Assembly: GCA_013115145.1 (NCBI GenBank)
Contig: JAAPAO010000284.1
Location: 1-43,159, forward strand
DNA: 43,159 bases
Direction: 5' to 3'
Source: Perkinsus chesapeaki ATCC PRA-425
Taxonomy: Eukaryota > Protista > Perkinsozoa
Shown here: in pieces, positions 10,330 to 23,586 of the stretch
How positions within the stretch are numbered: position 1 is the first letter of the stretch
Layout of the letters: the number at the start of each line of letters is the position of its first letter
The notes under the pieces: model-generated
What the model was told of the DNA's origin: nothing
What the model saw: only the letters and a program-made list of their open reading frames with translations
Databases searched by the model: none
Program-made: the position numbers and the translations under genes

Positions 10330-13300
10330 TATGTATGCGGACCATGAGGCCCCGGATATCTTCGTCCGCTCCCGTCCCATCTCAAAGAGTACTGTTTGCT
10401 TGCTACAGACCTGCTGCTAGTTAATGTCCCGTCATTCGCCGTCGGAGTTCCGTGCCTCTCCCAGAGGTCTAGGTACTCCTCATCGCCCGACTGCCCCACG
10501 AAGGCCACTAGCTGTCCCAATTCTGGCTGGCATCAGAAGAGCTAGAACCGTATCTCCGTCCAGGGTGATCATGGAGGCCCTTGACGATCTGCCTTTCTAT
10601 CACTGACATTCTCCTTAGCCACTTACAGCACCTTCGTCCAGGAGCACAGGGCTGTTCGGTCGATACCGCATTCCCAGGGCGCGTCTGATACAGAGGGCTG
10701 ATGAGGGGCCTGTTGGGGAGGAGGAGGCAGCAGCTAGAGAAGAGGAGCAGCGAGCAATGCAAAGGTTGAGGGAACAGGAGCGAAGGTGGGCGGAATGATG
10801 GATGGGTGGGAGGTAACGCATAGTGGTCAGGAATCGGGAGAGGTTGCTGTTGGATGAGATAAAACAAGTTATGGAGCGACTGAGGGATGTGGTGATGGAA
10901 AAGGATACTCAGATCATGAGATTAAAGGAGAGGGTAAAGGCTGTGGGTGAGGGTATAGGGACCGTGGGAGAGTGGGGTACGGAAAGTACGAGTAGAAGAA
11001 GAGTTATGTTTTACAAATATCAACATTCGAATTGGCATCACTGGCATAGCCTGCTGAGTTCCGCTCTGTGCTCAAATAGGAGGGCATGCTCGTTCACTTT
11101 TTGTTGGATTCGAAGGTAATGTTGTCCTCTTGAAATTCCAATGGCCAATTTACACCTGGGTGGATGTATGCTAGGTAGTAGTTGTTTATTAATCGGTAGT
11201 CTAGTGGAACTTTCGATATGGAATAAGCGGGGTATATACGCCAGTGATATTAGTGATAACCATGCAACAGGTTAAGTTCCTGTCACGAGAAGGGGATCTT
11301 AGGAGAGCTTATGAGAAAAGTTCACAGGATGCTAACAGAGAGTGAGCAGCCATTCAACGACTGATGTCCCTCGAATCAGCGGGCCTCCGTCAGCTGCTCA
11401 CCCGGGCGGGGGCGGATACTCGCAATGATAGTAACTCAGTGTCAATCGTGAAGGTATTATCGCGAGCACATTGCATACAGCCGCGGGAATCTAGGTCTCT
11501 CTGTATCAAACAACTAGATGCCAGGAAAACAGTGTGTCAGGGTTTACCGACTATCAGAGCAGATTGAGAAAGATGCCGTTGCCTGTGCTGGACTGCGGAG
11601 TCAAGTTGCTAGGTTACGCAGAGAGCGCGATGAAGGGAAGACAGTGGTGAGGCCACTCAGGCATTTGGGAGTGTATGGGCTGTTGTAGATTGAAAGGCTG
11701 GCAAACAGAGTGGGCGAGATGGCGATTGATGCGGGGATCGGGGTGAAGTCAACGAATAAGATTGATGCTAAAATAGGGCCTGATAGCAGAGATGAACAAG
11801 AGCATAAGAACGTGGCTACGGATGAGGAAGAGGAGCGAACGGTGCTCAAGCTAGATGCCAGGACAGGACCCGATAGCAGTCGGGGAGATGACTATAGGGG
11901 CACAGGAGTGATGGACATTATGAAGGTTCATGCTAAGACAGGACCGGACAGTGAATGTGGAGAGGTTGATGAGGACGTTGATAATAATGGTGATGATGAT
12001 ATAGATGCTTTACGTATACAAGTAAGGGGATTAGGGTATGTAGAAGAGATAGAAGATGGTGAGTAGATTAGCCGATATAAAGCAGAGTTGGAAGTGTTAC
12101 GTGAAGCCACGAAGCTGGTCGACGTTAATGTCTCGACGGAACCCGGGAAAAGTCCCCAGCTACTATCCGTTCCGGCGGCTATCAGTGAGTAGTGGGAGGG
12201 AGGGGCAGCTATCCGATAAAGTCACTTTGCGTGTCCTGATGATGCAAGTGTCACTGTCTACAGGCGCCTCCATCCATGGTAGCTCGGGAGCACCTAGCGT
12301 ATCAAGCTTTGACGAAGAGGGGGCCGATATTGAAGGGTTGCGGATGACAGTTGCTAGGCAGCAGACTATTATAGATAGTCTTGAGGAAGACCTGAGAGCG
12401 GTAGGCGATCGCCTCTAGTAGGCGGGTTTCGGCAATACATCTTGGCAAGTGCACTTCTATAGGGATATAGTACCGACATAACCTCGTAAGGTAGTAAGCA
12501 GTGGCAAGTGTTCGGTTAAGTATCCATTTGGGTGGTTATGGTACCGGGCTCGCCGGTAGGGTTTGACTCAACTCTTTAGGCCTTCCGGGAGGTATACGAT
12601 GCTACCAATGAGTTGACGAAGGAACGTGAAAAGTGTGAGAAACTCCAAGAAGGTATCGCGGTACCAGACAACTCGGAGAAGGCAGCCTTGGACGAAGTTG
12701 ACGGATTACAGAAACAAGTCCGAGATTACCGCGACGAGGTAGAATACAGTTGAGATAGAGAAGGGTCTATCAGTGAACACGAGTAATGTATTATACGTTA
12801 TCTGTTCATTTGGTAACGATGAAGCGGCCGTACAGTGGAGTCTTTGGTAGGCACAGACGTTGAAAACACATTTAGCGGAAGCTACGTCTCTGGGGTTTGT
12901 CCCTAATTCTGTTTGCCCATCGGAAGGCGAAGAGACGCTCGACTCGCTGCAGCTGAAATGCGCTCAACTTGGCGTAGGGATGCCCGATTCCTTGGAATGG
13001 TAGCTTATTACAGGCTGCAATAAAGCCACTGGAAAAGGAGCTTCAGGAGACTAGTAAACGTACATCACTTGCAAGCATCGACGCTGGTGAGAGGGTTTTC
13101 GATCCTCTCGATGAGGCATCTCGAGATGGTAAGAGCCTGGCTCATTGCTGGGGCGGTCAACTCGGCAACTTTCGACAACTCAGAGTTGGAAGACAGAGTG
13201 GCCTTTTTAACTGCAAGGTTGGATGCATCTCAGCGGAGCGAGAATAAACTGAGGAACGCTTTGGTAGATGGTGATAGTAGGATTTACTAAAGACTCTCGC

Positions 13301-16300
13301 ATGTCTGATCCACTAACCTCGACCGTGAAGATTACTTCTTTCCGTATTATGCTGCGTTTGGGACAGGTACGTACCTGCGGAAACAACTTCTCCATGTCAG
13401 AGCCGCCATCCGCCATAGGTGAGTGCATCGCTGTTTCATTATTACTTCTACCGTACGCCGGTAACGTACTGGTACTCGAAACCTCGAAAGGCGAGCCATT
13501 TCTTAAACGCGAAAAGCCGGAAATTTTCTTTCTACTGCGTTCTCGCTTCAGACCTTCCTGTGGCTGCCGCCCCCACGGAATGGGGAATCTCAATAGAGGA
13601 TCAGCAGAAAGAGGTCGGCCTTATTCAGCCCAGTCGTCGTCGTTTTTGCACGTTGACGAACACCGTACCGGAGTTCCATGAAGATGAACTCAACGTCGTA
13701 GATGAGGCTGGTTCGTGCTAAGCATGCCCTCGCTTTGGCGAAACAGAAGGCAAAAGAGCTGCAGTTACGAGAGATGTTAAGGACTAGGACAGAGGATGTG
13801 AGTCATCATCATGCGTGGGAATAAATGTTACCATAACGCTGGAACATAGTCGGCAGTAGTTGAGTTGGAGAAGAGGACGCTCCTCCTCCTGTACCCAGTT
13901 ACTACACTTGGTACGAGGGGTGAAGCAGGTTGCTGAGAAGGAGAAACTGCAAGGCAGGGAAATGAGCATTGACTTCATAGAAGAGGTGGGCCATGCCGGG
14001 CAGCTTTCGCTATGTGGGGCTATTTGGCCCTTTGTGACGCAGCTAGGGTGTACATCTGCTAGGTTAATGGTGTTATGTCTACAGAGGAGGGCCTTAACGC
14101 AAGAATAAGTGATCATGAAGCTACTATTGATGAGCTTAAGAGAGAGCTGGATCGGCAAAATCGTGTAAAACCCCCTTCGCTGCTGCTGCTTTAACGGCTT
14201 TCAAGGCCGGGAGGGTATGGCTTCAAGACACACTTGGATTTTACAGGTGGTCGCAGAATTGGTGGCAGAATTGGAGCGTAACGAAAAGGTTTCGGGTCGA
14301 AAGATAAGGTGTATGAGGATCGAAGTGCAACAACTACTCGACAGGGAGGCTGACCGAGAGGTGAATAGGTTCAAGTTCCTGCTACGTGAGCAATACATAC
14401 TCGGCATTATTGGCTGAGGGATAGGGTCTGAGGTTCACCCGAGACCTGCAGTGGTATGATTACTATTGCTAATTCCTAAGTTCCTCGACAGTCCGTGCCA
14501 TATTAGAGTAGCCTCTTTAATCGACATTGGTGGGGCCACTGGCTCAACTTGTAGGCAGCTCACTGTTTGGGAAAAGTGTCCCCGACATCGTCGTCGTCAT
14601 CATTCCCATCTATGATCTAGCATGGGAATGGTCTAAAGTTTCTGGTTAGTTGGGAGGCCATCACAGACGACACTCCCATTTCGACGTATGCTTTGTTATG
14701 CCTCCCTCGTTCTGTAAGATCGAGCTTGAAGTGCTCCGTTGTCGAGTGGGTCCGGATGCCCTCCGTTGTCCAGTACCGTCGGGGTCGACCATGGATCAGC
14801 TCTGGATCAAGTGGGTGTGTAGATGTATTACGCGAGCTGATAGCTGTTGGCTGTAGATGCAAACATCTTGAGGAGATGCTTGAAGAGGCAAATACTACAA
14901 TAAAGAAGTTTAGAGGGTCGGGCACCGATTCACCGATATCAAGTAAGGCTACTGTAGGTTCCGGGGACTACTCTAACACTTTTTAGGTCAGTCGCGTTCA
15001 GTCGAGGGAGGACAGTGCCCGAAATGTCGTGTGCTGCAGAAGGAAATGGCTGTAAGCATGATCGGCCTACATTGCGCATTCTTATTTTCTATTATATCGC
15101 TCATAAAAAGAACGGAAGTGGTAGTTGGAGTCGCTGTAGTTTTGCTGGTGAGGTGGACGCCAAGCTCCCTTTCAGATCCTTAAGAGGAACCATGAAAGGG
15201 AGTTACGCTGGCGAAATGATGATGTGGCGGCCTATAAAGCTCAGACTGAAGCATTGCTGGTTGACTTTGTGCGTCCTGGACGCCACTGCTGTCCCATGTA
15301 CGGTTCTATCAGAAGCAACTACCGCCAGAGGAACGGGACATAAAGCTTATGCGAATGGAGCGGATTAGATGGCAGATAATGGTGAGGGCAGCAAGAGAGG
15401 ATAAAGCTGAGTTGGAATATGAGGCACTAATGACAAAACACAATGCTACGCAGTTCACTTATGTCCTATTTCAGCTTGCAAGCGTCAAGGAGAAACTGGA
15501 GCGCTCTCAAAAAGCGTTGAGTGAAGCCTGTACTCTCATGAAAGCTCTGTTGCACTGGCAATGACCATATGAAAGGTTCAGAGGCAGCAGCAGATAGGGG
15601 CACTTGTACCAAGTGTTCGAAGCATGAGCAGGAGATAGAAAAGCTGCGAGAGAAACTGTCCGATGCCGAGAATGAAGTGGAGATGCTGAGGATGCAGAGA
15701 GGTCGCAGCCAAATGGAGGTGAGAGGGGATTTCAGACTAGAGGATTGCTCCAGTATTACATACCTGCTCTTGATTGTCATGAGGCTCCTGCTAGCCAATT
15801 GTACGTGATTCAGATAGCGATGCTCCGAAGTAATGAGGAGGAGTCTGGCTTACCGGACGAGGTGAGATATCTTCACTTAGAGCAGCACAGATTGTCGAGT
15901 GGACAGCGGCTGGCTGCTGTACGATAACTCGTCCGTTTGCGTTACTTCTTCAGAGCTCCTCCTCCTCCGGCAGCAGCAGCAGTGCTGACAACCGAGCTGA
16001 AAGTCCTGGAGGTGGAACTTGTTACAGTTAAGGTGAACAAGCATACGGCCGTAGATACTCGTGAGGTTGGACGGCTTCGGGATGAAGTTGATGACAGAGA
16101 TGCTGAGATTGACAGACTTGAGATGATCCGCCGAACCCATATAATAGAGGTCAGAATAGACTCGCATTGTCGAACGGTGTGATCTTGGTCATATCTCGAA
16201 GCCTCTAGCTACTGGATTTGCCTAGATCGCGGAGTCCGCCCATATCATACAGGAGCACCAGAAGGAGATATCCGATCTGAAGAGGCGTTTGGTGGAGAAG

Positions 16301-17330
16301 GAGAATCAAGTAGGATGAATACACGCTGGAATGTGCTCTGAATGTGACACATGAGCTGCAGGTGGAAGATTTGGAGATGGATATAGCTGTGGCGAAGTCA
16401 AGGTTAATAGATGTACCACAAATCCCTGTAACTACGATATTGGGCGATTCGCAGCTGCTATACGGATGCTGATAGGCGGCAGCCGTGGTGGGAAACAGTG
16501 GGGTCGTTCGCATTGCTGGGAACGAAGAAGCCAAGGATCCATCTACGGTATAGGCATGATTGAGGGCTTCATTCGAATGCCGAATCCAGATTGAAGCGAT
16601 TGATGAACTTAAGGCTAGAGTGGGGCAGCTGACGGCGGACGCTGAAATAGGCAAGCTGAAGATGGTCCTTGTAGAAGAGGAAAGGGACTCACTTGCTGCA
16701 GATCTGTCTCGAGCAGAGGTGAGCAGCAGCAGTAGTAGTAGACTCATCGGTGATGATGTTATCTCTAGGACCGTATGCGTGTGGACAAGGCATACATACA
16801 ATCTTTGAAAGCAGCCATCGCCTCTCTGAAGCAGGATAATGACAGTCGCTCAGTCAGCTCAGATGAGAAGGGGAGAGAGTAAAAATCCATAGGCTGTTGT
16901 TGCCTTGTTGCAAACAGCTTGGATTTCACATTCATTCAGTCACCGTAACTCGCCGCCAGCGGCCCCTTCCATTATACCGCCTACCGGAACAGCTGCTGAG
17001 GAATATGTCAGGAAGCTGCTGCAAAATGCGGCTTCTCGGGCAGAACTCGGCGATGCCGCCCAGAGGTAGCGTGGTGACTGAACACATGAACATGTTCATA
17101 TGGACGTCCTGCCGTGCGGCATTAGCATATCCCCGCTCACATGTCTTCTCTTCTCCTATCTACCATTACCGAGTTGTTAATAGCTAAAGGATTGGTTCAG
17201 TCTGGCGCTCTCGCGGCCTCGAAACGTGCGGTAAAAGCCGTGCACAGTGTAGAAAAGAACTGCGCTTTGTACGTTATTGTAATGGACAGAAGCTTTGGAG
17301 CAGGCTTTGCTAACAACCTCCTGCTCTAGC
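10330..17330 (+). CDS. Large multi-exon coiled-coil protein locus (one or more genes; boundaries approximate)
   Basis: Many short E/R/K/L-rich heptad exons are flanked by GT/AG, e.g. RNRERLLLDEIKQVMERLRDVVMEKDTQIMRLKER, IEGLRMTVARQQTIIDSLEEDLRA, LEDRVAFLTARLDASQRSENKLRNAL, EIEKLREKLSDAENEVEMLRMQR, VGRLRDEVDDRDAEIDRLEMIRR and IDELKARVGQLTADAEIGKLKM. Confidence 0.6.
11722..11952 (+). repeat. Intragenic peptide repeat K-[ILV]-[DH]-A-[KR]-[IT]-G-P-D-S in an acidic exon
   Basis: KIDAKIGPDS (11758), KLDARTGPDS (11848) and KVHAKTGPDS (about 11922), plus degenerate AIDAGIG (11722), separated by D/E-rich spacers. Confidence 0.7.
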
Positions 17331-17362
17331 CCGTTTGGTATTACTAATTTTACCTATTCGAT

Positions 17363-20300
17363 ATGTCATCGCTGGATGCCGAGGCATTCGAGCGGAAGGT
17401 CGACGAAATCAGCAAGCAAATCAATGGTTTAATGCAAGGCACAGTCAGTCTGAGCTCGATGGGTTTCTGGCTTTACGGTTCACTCTCTATGTGGTCGCCA
17501 AATTGGCGACGCCAATCACGTGAACCATCTCAGGTGTCAGTAGATGAGATTGATCAGAACATTCAACGGGCTCAGAATGCGGAGGCTGTCAAAGCTCGAG
17601 AGGCCCAAGAAAAGGCCGAAGCCCTGAGGTGGGATCACCCCTTGGAATGATATATTTAACTTTTAAGTCTTTATAGCTTTCATTATGGAAGCGGGGTTGG
17701 GTAGCGGACAGTTTCATACATGCTCATATCTTTCGCGATATCTCAGGAAGTACGGGAGACCAGGGAAGGGCAATGGTGAAGGGTATATGCTTTTCTGCAA
17801 AAAGTGCTTCACTGAGTACGTGAGCCATACGGATCGCTGTGGCCGTTGCGGCAACGAGGAGTTGACCACAAGGGAAGAGAGGTTATCCGAGCTGCACTCG
17901 AAAGTGAGCTGAGAAACTGTCATTAAAATCTAGTCTCATGAGATTTCTATCAGGCTCGAAACCTGCAAAGGGAGAATGCGGCCCACGCGTGGCGGAAAGA
18001 TAAATGGGAAAGGTGGCTGAGGAGCCGTCAGTTGGTGCCCAAGTCTAGGGTCATCAATTATCAGAAGTGGGAATATTGGGAGCCTGATAGCGACACGGAG
18101 GATGAGGGTGAGCTTTAGATTGCCAAAGGTTGTTATATGGTTATGCAGGCGAGCCTATCGTACCGCACGACGACCCGAATTTCAAGGCGCTCGAAGCGGA
18201 TATGAAGAAAAGGAATGAAGCTCGTCAGAACAGAGCTAAGACTGCCAATAAGTGAGACATCTATCGATGTTATCGATAAATGCTCAGCGCACCCCGTGCT
18301 ATATAGGTACAAAGAGAGGGGTAATGCTCGTCTACGAGAGGGGGACTTTGCTGCTGCTATCGAAGAGTATGACGGAGGCCTTGAGTTCCAGAAAGATAAC
18401 AAAGCTCTCTGGACGAATAAGGCGCTTGCCGAGCTGAAGCTCGGTCGCTTCGAGCAGGCAGTTGACTCTTGCTCTAAAGTAAGCTTCAAACATGTGTGTG
18501 GGAGGTTGCACAATATGGTTTTCATCGCCTAGCGATCACGGGTTCACAGGTACTTGAGATGGTTGAGATCTTCGAGGACGACTACTCCCAATCAGCAGAT
18601 GCCTGTACGAAAGCACTCCTACGACGCAGTGCTGCCTTGCAGAACCTCAAACGCTGGGAAGCCGCAAAGTAGCCCATTTTCCAGCTTACCTTATCTCACC
18701 TCTCTGTCAGGTGCGATGCCGAAGAGGCATTGAGACTAGGTGTCGCAAGCGCGGAAGCGCAAGCCGCGATCGACACATGTGACCGCCACTTAGCAGAGAT
18801 CAATAGTCTTGAAGAAGATGGCGGAGAAGATACACCTAATCAGAATCCATTCAAAAGAGCTTCGAGTGAAGTAATTGCTATCGATTCAACGAACAGTCAC
18901 TATGGGACATACGTTGCTCATTGTTCCATCTCAGACCGTACAGCAGTTCCTGTTGGACGCAAAGCGGCCACCATTGGGGAAGATAAGCGACATCGATGAG
19001 TCTCTCCTTCTTGCAGCACTCTCGATTGATGCAGAGGCGCTGAAGAAGGTAAATCATTACCTATCCTTCAATAGGACCTACTTTTCCAGGTGGTTCATTG
19101 TGGAGGTCTCGAAAATCTTCTGGAAAATCTTTCCCGTGCCGCACTGCTACATAGAAATACAAGTATCGAAGACCCGGACGGCCTGCGCAACACTGGTCTG
19201 CTACGCTGTCTTCGACTGCTTATTCGTATTTGTGAACTATCTGATATAGCCTGTGAAATCTTCGCTTCAAAAGCTGGTGCTCACATCGCACGCCTAGTGC
19301 AGTTCATTAAGGCCAAGATACGTTGTGGTCGATGCGTGGCTCTTATGGCCGAGCTATCTACTCGCCCGGTACCTCGGAAGCAGCTGCAGGAAATTCTGTG
19401 TCGCGATGGCAATGGTGAGGTTGTTGACACCATTATCAAGCGTGTAGCTTGCCGAAAACGGTCTTCGGCTTTTGCGGCTCTCTGCGTCCTGGCCAACTGT
19501 GCTACCAATTGCCAGACTATGCGTTTGAGGTTGCAGAAGAGCACCGATCTGCCTAAAGCTCTAATAAGCAAAGTGAGTGATTTGGCAACGGCGGAGCAAG
19601 CAGCAGGTGTCATATGCAACGTTGGAGGGGATGCCATAGCGGAGTCGTGCTCTGTGGCGTTATTACGCGCTTGTGCTAAGGTTCGGGACGAAAAGTCTGC
19701 AATGTCTATACTCGGTGCCCTGCAAAATTGCTGCACAATATCAATACGGGCAACAGAGAGTGTTCTTGAACAAGAGAAGGCGGAGAGCGTTCTCTGTTCA
19801 ATCGCTCGCCGTCTACCATCCACTATTGGGAGAGTCCTCACCATACTTCTCCGACTCTCTCAAGTTCCTAATGGAGGCATCAGACTTGTCCACGACTCCG
19901 AAGCTGTTGTTCTGGCCGATGGAGTCATTGCTAATGCAAGCCGCTCTGAGCCTTCTGTCTGCGACCCCGCTATCCGATTGTTGTGCCAAGCTATCAGACA
20001 AGACAGCGCGTGTCTGAGCCCTGAGCTTGTCCGAGGGGCAGTCGATTTGCTAATGATGTACCCGCCAAATGGCTATGATGATCGAGACAAGACTTTATAC
20101 ATGCTTCGTGGAAACGCTTGTCTGATTATTGCTGCCGCTGCCGATATGACCCAGGCAGGCTCGAAGCTCTATGCAGAATATCTCACCAAGGCCGTAGTGC
20201 CAATGCTTGAATGTCTGAGAAAACAGGACCAGGCAAACGCAGGCAGTGCTTTGGCTAAGTGCTGTATGGCGAGCGAGAAGTGCAATGACCTACTGAGAGA

Positions 20301-20400
20301 GCAAGGAGGGCTCGATACACTGTGGAAGATGCAAAACAAGCTATTGAGGGGAGCTACTGCCAATGGTACGGCAAGAGGGAAAGAAATCGCTATCAGATGA
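17363..20400 (+). CDS. TTC12: TTC12-like TPR + ARM-repeat protein (axonemal dynein assembly factor family) with an extra zinc ribbon
   Basis: These segments match the recalled TTC12 layout: N-terminal FERKVDEISKQI; TPR exon KERGNARLREGDFAAAIEEYDGGLEFQKDNKALWTNKALAELKLGRFEQAVDSC; ARM-like helical C-terminus with LRGNACLII and QANAGSALAKCCMASEKCNDLLREQGGLDTL. Confidence 0.8.
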
Positions 20401-20507
20401 TAGCTCTATACTTACATGGCCACCGCGTGCTTTTTTACGTGAAGCGTCTTTGTTTATCACAACTAGTCGATGACTCCTGACTTCAGCATTGATTTAAGTT
20501 ATGTTAT

Positions 20508-22913
20508 ATGGTTAGACACGTTCATACAAGGCAGCATCGAACTGTTGATATAGACTTCACATATTCGGCATTATCTGACGTTGATGAGCCCCTTAGTCCG
20601 GCAGGGGTACAGAGAAAGGTGGACGCCATTGGTTTTGGTGGCTTCCAAGTTGCCGTCATCCTCCTGTGCGCGGGTAGGCCGTTGCTCTGTCGCAACACTA
20701 GTGATCGCCGTTGCTGTTTTCAGGCGTATTCTTCTCTGAAGGTAGCCAGCTCATGGTTATGGGGCCTGTAGCAACTCAGCTTCACGACCACTGGAACCTC
20801 CCACCGTCCGTGCGAGCTCTTTTAGTGTCAGCGGCTCATTTGGGGTATTTTTGCGGTAGGCATGTTCCGCTGGCTGCTAAGCCTTTAGCCTATCCCTATA
20901 GGTTGCCTAATCTCTGGGATTATTGGTGATCGTCTCGGGAGACGTCCTTGCGTGCTGCTATCATATATCACTATGGGAGGATTAGGCTTTGCTAGTGCAT
21001 CGGCTCCTACAGAGGTATCCTCAATATATTTGACGACCGCTTCTTTGGCTTTCTTACTTTCTTAGATATTTATGCTGCTCTACCGCTTCGGTACGGGAAT
21101 GGGATGCGGTATTGGTATTCCAGCTGCCCTGTCCCTCCTGTCTGAAGTATGCCCTTGCAAGCACAGAGCTGACGCACTCATCACTATGGCGTCCTTCATC
21201 GTCTTGGGGGAGCTCTTCGCATCGGCCAGTAAGTCACTCTGTATCACCGCTCTACCCGAACCTGCAAGCAGCAGCAGCTGTGTAATGAACACCTCCAGGT
21301 GTGCTTGTAACTGACCCACACCTTGACAGAAGCGGTGACCACTGCGATATATATTTACTCAGTGTCGCACAAGAGGCGGACCACCAAGTACACACTTTCA
21401 GTACAATAAGTCTTACGTCGAAGTCGTCCAACAGGTCTGTTCTTGGCGGAACTTGCTGAAGATCGCAGCTACGCCTTCGTTGTTTATGATTATGTTCGCT
21501 CTCACAATGCTATGGGAGTCTCCGCAATTCGTAACAGTTCGCCACAGGGACTATCAGGAGGTCAATCGTATATTGAAAACAGTGGGTTTAGAACCTGACT
21601 AGCAGGACGGCAAGTCTGAGTAGGTGCGGAAGTCCAATGGTGCATACCACGTACCAATCCGGTTCACCCCAGACTCAAGCAGCGTGCAGGAACAGCCTTT
21701 CGTAAGTGGTGACACGCTTCAACATTATTTTATGCCAATCACATGGCCTTGCAGAGTAGCAGCAGTCCAGCAAGCTTATTACTGCCAAGCACTTGACATC
21801 CTTGTTCTTTTTAGTCGCTTCGTCCAAATCCTTCAACAAGAGATGTGCTAGCATTTCAAACCCTCACTGGTCGTCATTACACGGGCACGTTATGGACAAT
21901 GGTGATAGTAACTGGCTGCAAGGACTTCTGCCTTTATGGCCTTGCTTATATACTCTTACAGTAAGTTACGTGCATTGATGCAGTGACAGCATCAACAGCA
22001 GGAGCCCTTTCATGGGTGCTGTTCAAGTGTGAGCCGGAATATCCTGGTACATTAGGTACTTCAACGGGATCAAGTCAATCTCGATAGGACTGCAGCTAGT
22101 GCTTGCGAGCTCCCTTGCTATCCCAGGTAGAGACCATTGACGGTTGCTACTCATCATTCAGCTCTCCGCGTTCCTCAATAGGTATATTATTCGCTCTCTT
22201 GCTTGGTAACTGTCGGGATCTTGGTCACGTCACGACGCTTCAAGTGACAGGCTTTATCTGCGCTTTGTGTGGGCTGGGAATGCTACAGTTGTCTTATATG
22301 CCCGGTAGGGATAATTGCCTTTGCGAGCAACCAACCAGGACAGCTTCCTCCGATCAGATTGGATGGGCTCAATCTCTGCTTACATCCTTAAGGCCACACT
22401 ACTAGCGTATCACTCGGTGGCGTCATGTTACACAGCTGAGGTGTTTCCCACTAATTGTCGGATGACGGCCATCGGCCTCGTAACTGGAACTGGTACGTCG
22501 GATCTTTTCTTTTGTGTTAGAAAGCCGCTCTCGTTTAGGTCGCCTGATCGGCCTCGCCGCGCCGGTGCTCCTCGAGCTATCGAAGGAATCCTCCCGAAAA
22601 TCGCTAGAGTTTTTCATAACGATGACCGTGATTCTCATGCTAGCTGCAACGACTCTGATTGGGATCAACCTAATATGGTAGGATCTGCCTTTTAGGAGTT
22701 CTTGTTGCTATGTTCCCTCTCATTTCCAGGGAGACGAAACAACTTCCCCTGGTAGCGATGAACCCAGAAGAAGCTTCAGCTGATATGAGTTTCACTTCAT
22801 ACCAGAGGGTTGCCGAAGCACAAACTCTGTTGAATGGAAACAGGAGGATTGATAAGAGAACTTCATATTCGAGTACCGCTAACGGTAGCTGCTCGATTGT
22901 TGAAGGTGCATGA
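20508..22913 (+). CDS. MFS transporter, SV2/SVOP-like (multi-exon)
   Basis: KVDAIGFGGFQVAVILLCA, GIIGDRLGRRPCVLLSY (MFS motif A), LYRFGTGMGCGIGIPAALSLLSEVCP, WRNLLKIAATP...LWESPQF, YTAEVFPTNCRMTAIG. The start codon is uncertain. Confidence 0.85.
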
Positions 22914-23586
22914 ATATGCGAATGTTGTGGTGCCGATGCACCTACGTACATGTTATTTTGTCCTTGTATTGTGCGTGTTCGAGTATTGTCAAGCGTGAGA
23001 ATAGCTAGGACGAATTCCGGTACTGAAGACTTGTCTTGGTCAACGCTTACTCCATGGGTTAGTACCCTCGGTCGAGACTGTGCTAATTGACTCGGGAACA
23101 GCTCTGACCTAAGTTTGATGTTCAAGCTGCTGCTACCGCGCCACGTCGCAAGGCAAATCGTATTCAAAGATATAAAGATTCCCGCTGAGCGCTTCGACTG
23201 GTACATGGAAAGAGAATGTTCTTATAAGTTGCCACGATCGCTGCATTCATCAAATCTCTGGCCACATGAAGTATAAGTGAACTGTCTGCTAACACGACTC
23301 ACAGGAGGCATGAACAAAAAGACTCCTATTCTGGAGCAGGCCCAAAGCGCGTTGGTTTTCCGCGGGAAGCAGTGTGGCTCAGACGCGGTCGACCAAATAA
23401 TGGCGTGCTACAACTGCGGGCACGAAAGAATGACGCATAACTGATGAGTAGAACTGATGATAGACAGAGTTAATGCAGGGTGAAATACCAATATGCCGTG
23501 ATAAGTTTTCGTAACCTTTGGCAAAGCCCTTGTGCGAATGCCTCCGAGGGGCAAACTACTTCAGGAGTTCGAAATTCATGATGGCT

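Noticed and set aside
19281-19844. 187-aa minus-strand ORF
   Set aside because: Antisense shadow of the TTC12 last exon.
22670-23206. 178-aa minus-strand ORF, partly duplicated at 27061-27255
   Set aside because: Nearly half overlaps the MFS last exon in antisense, there is no real ATG or recognisable motif, and the duplicate is not frame-conserved. Not supported as a gene.
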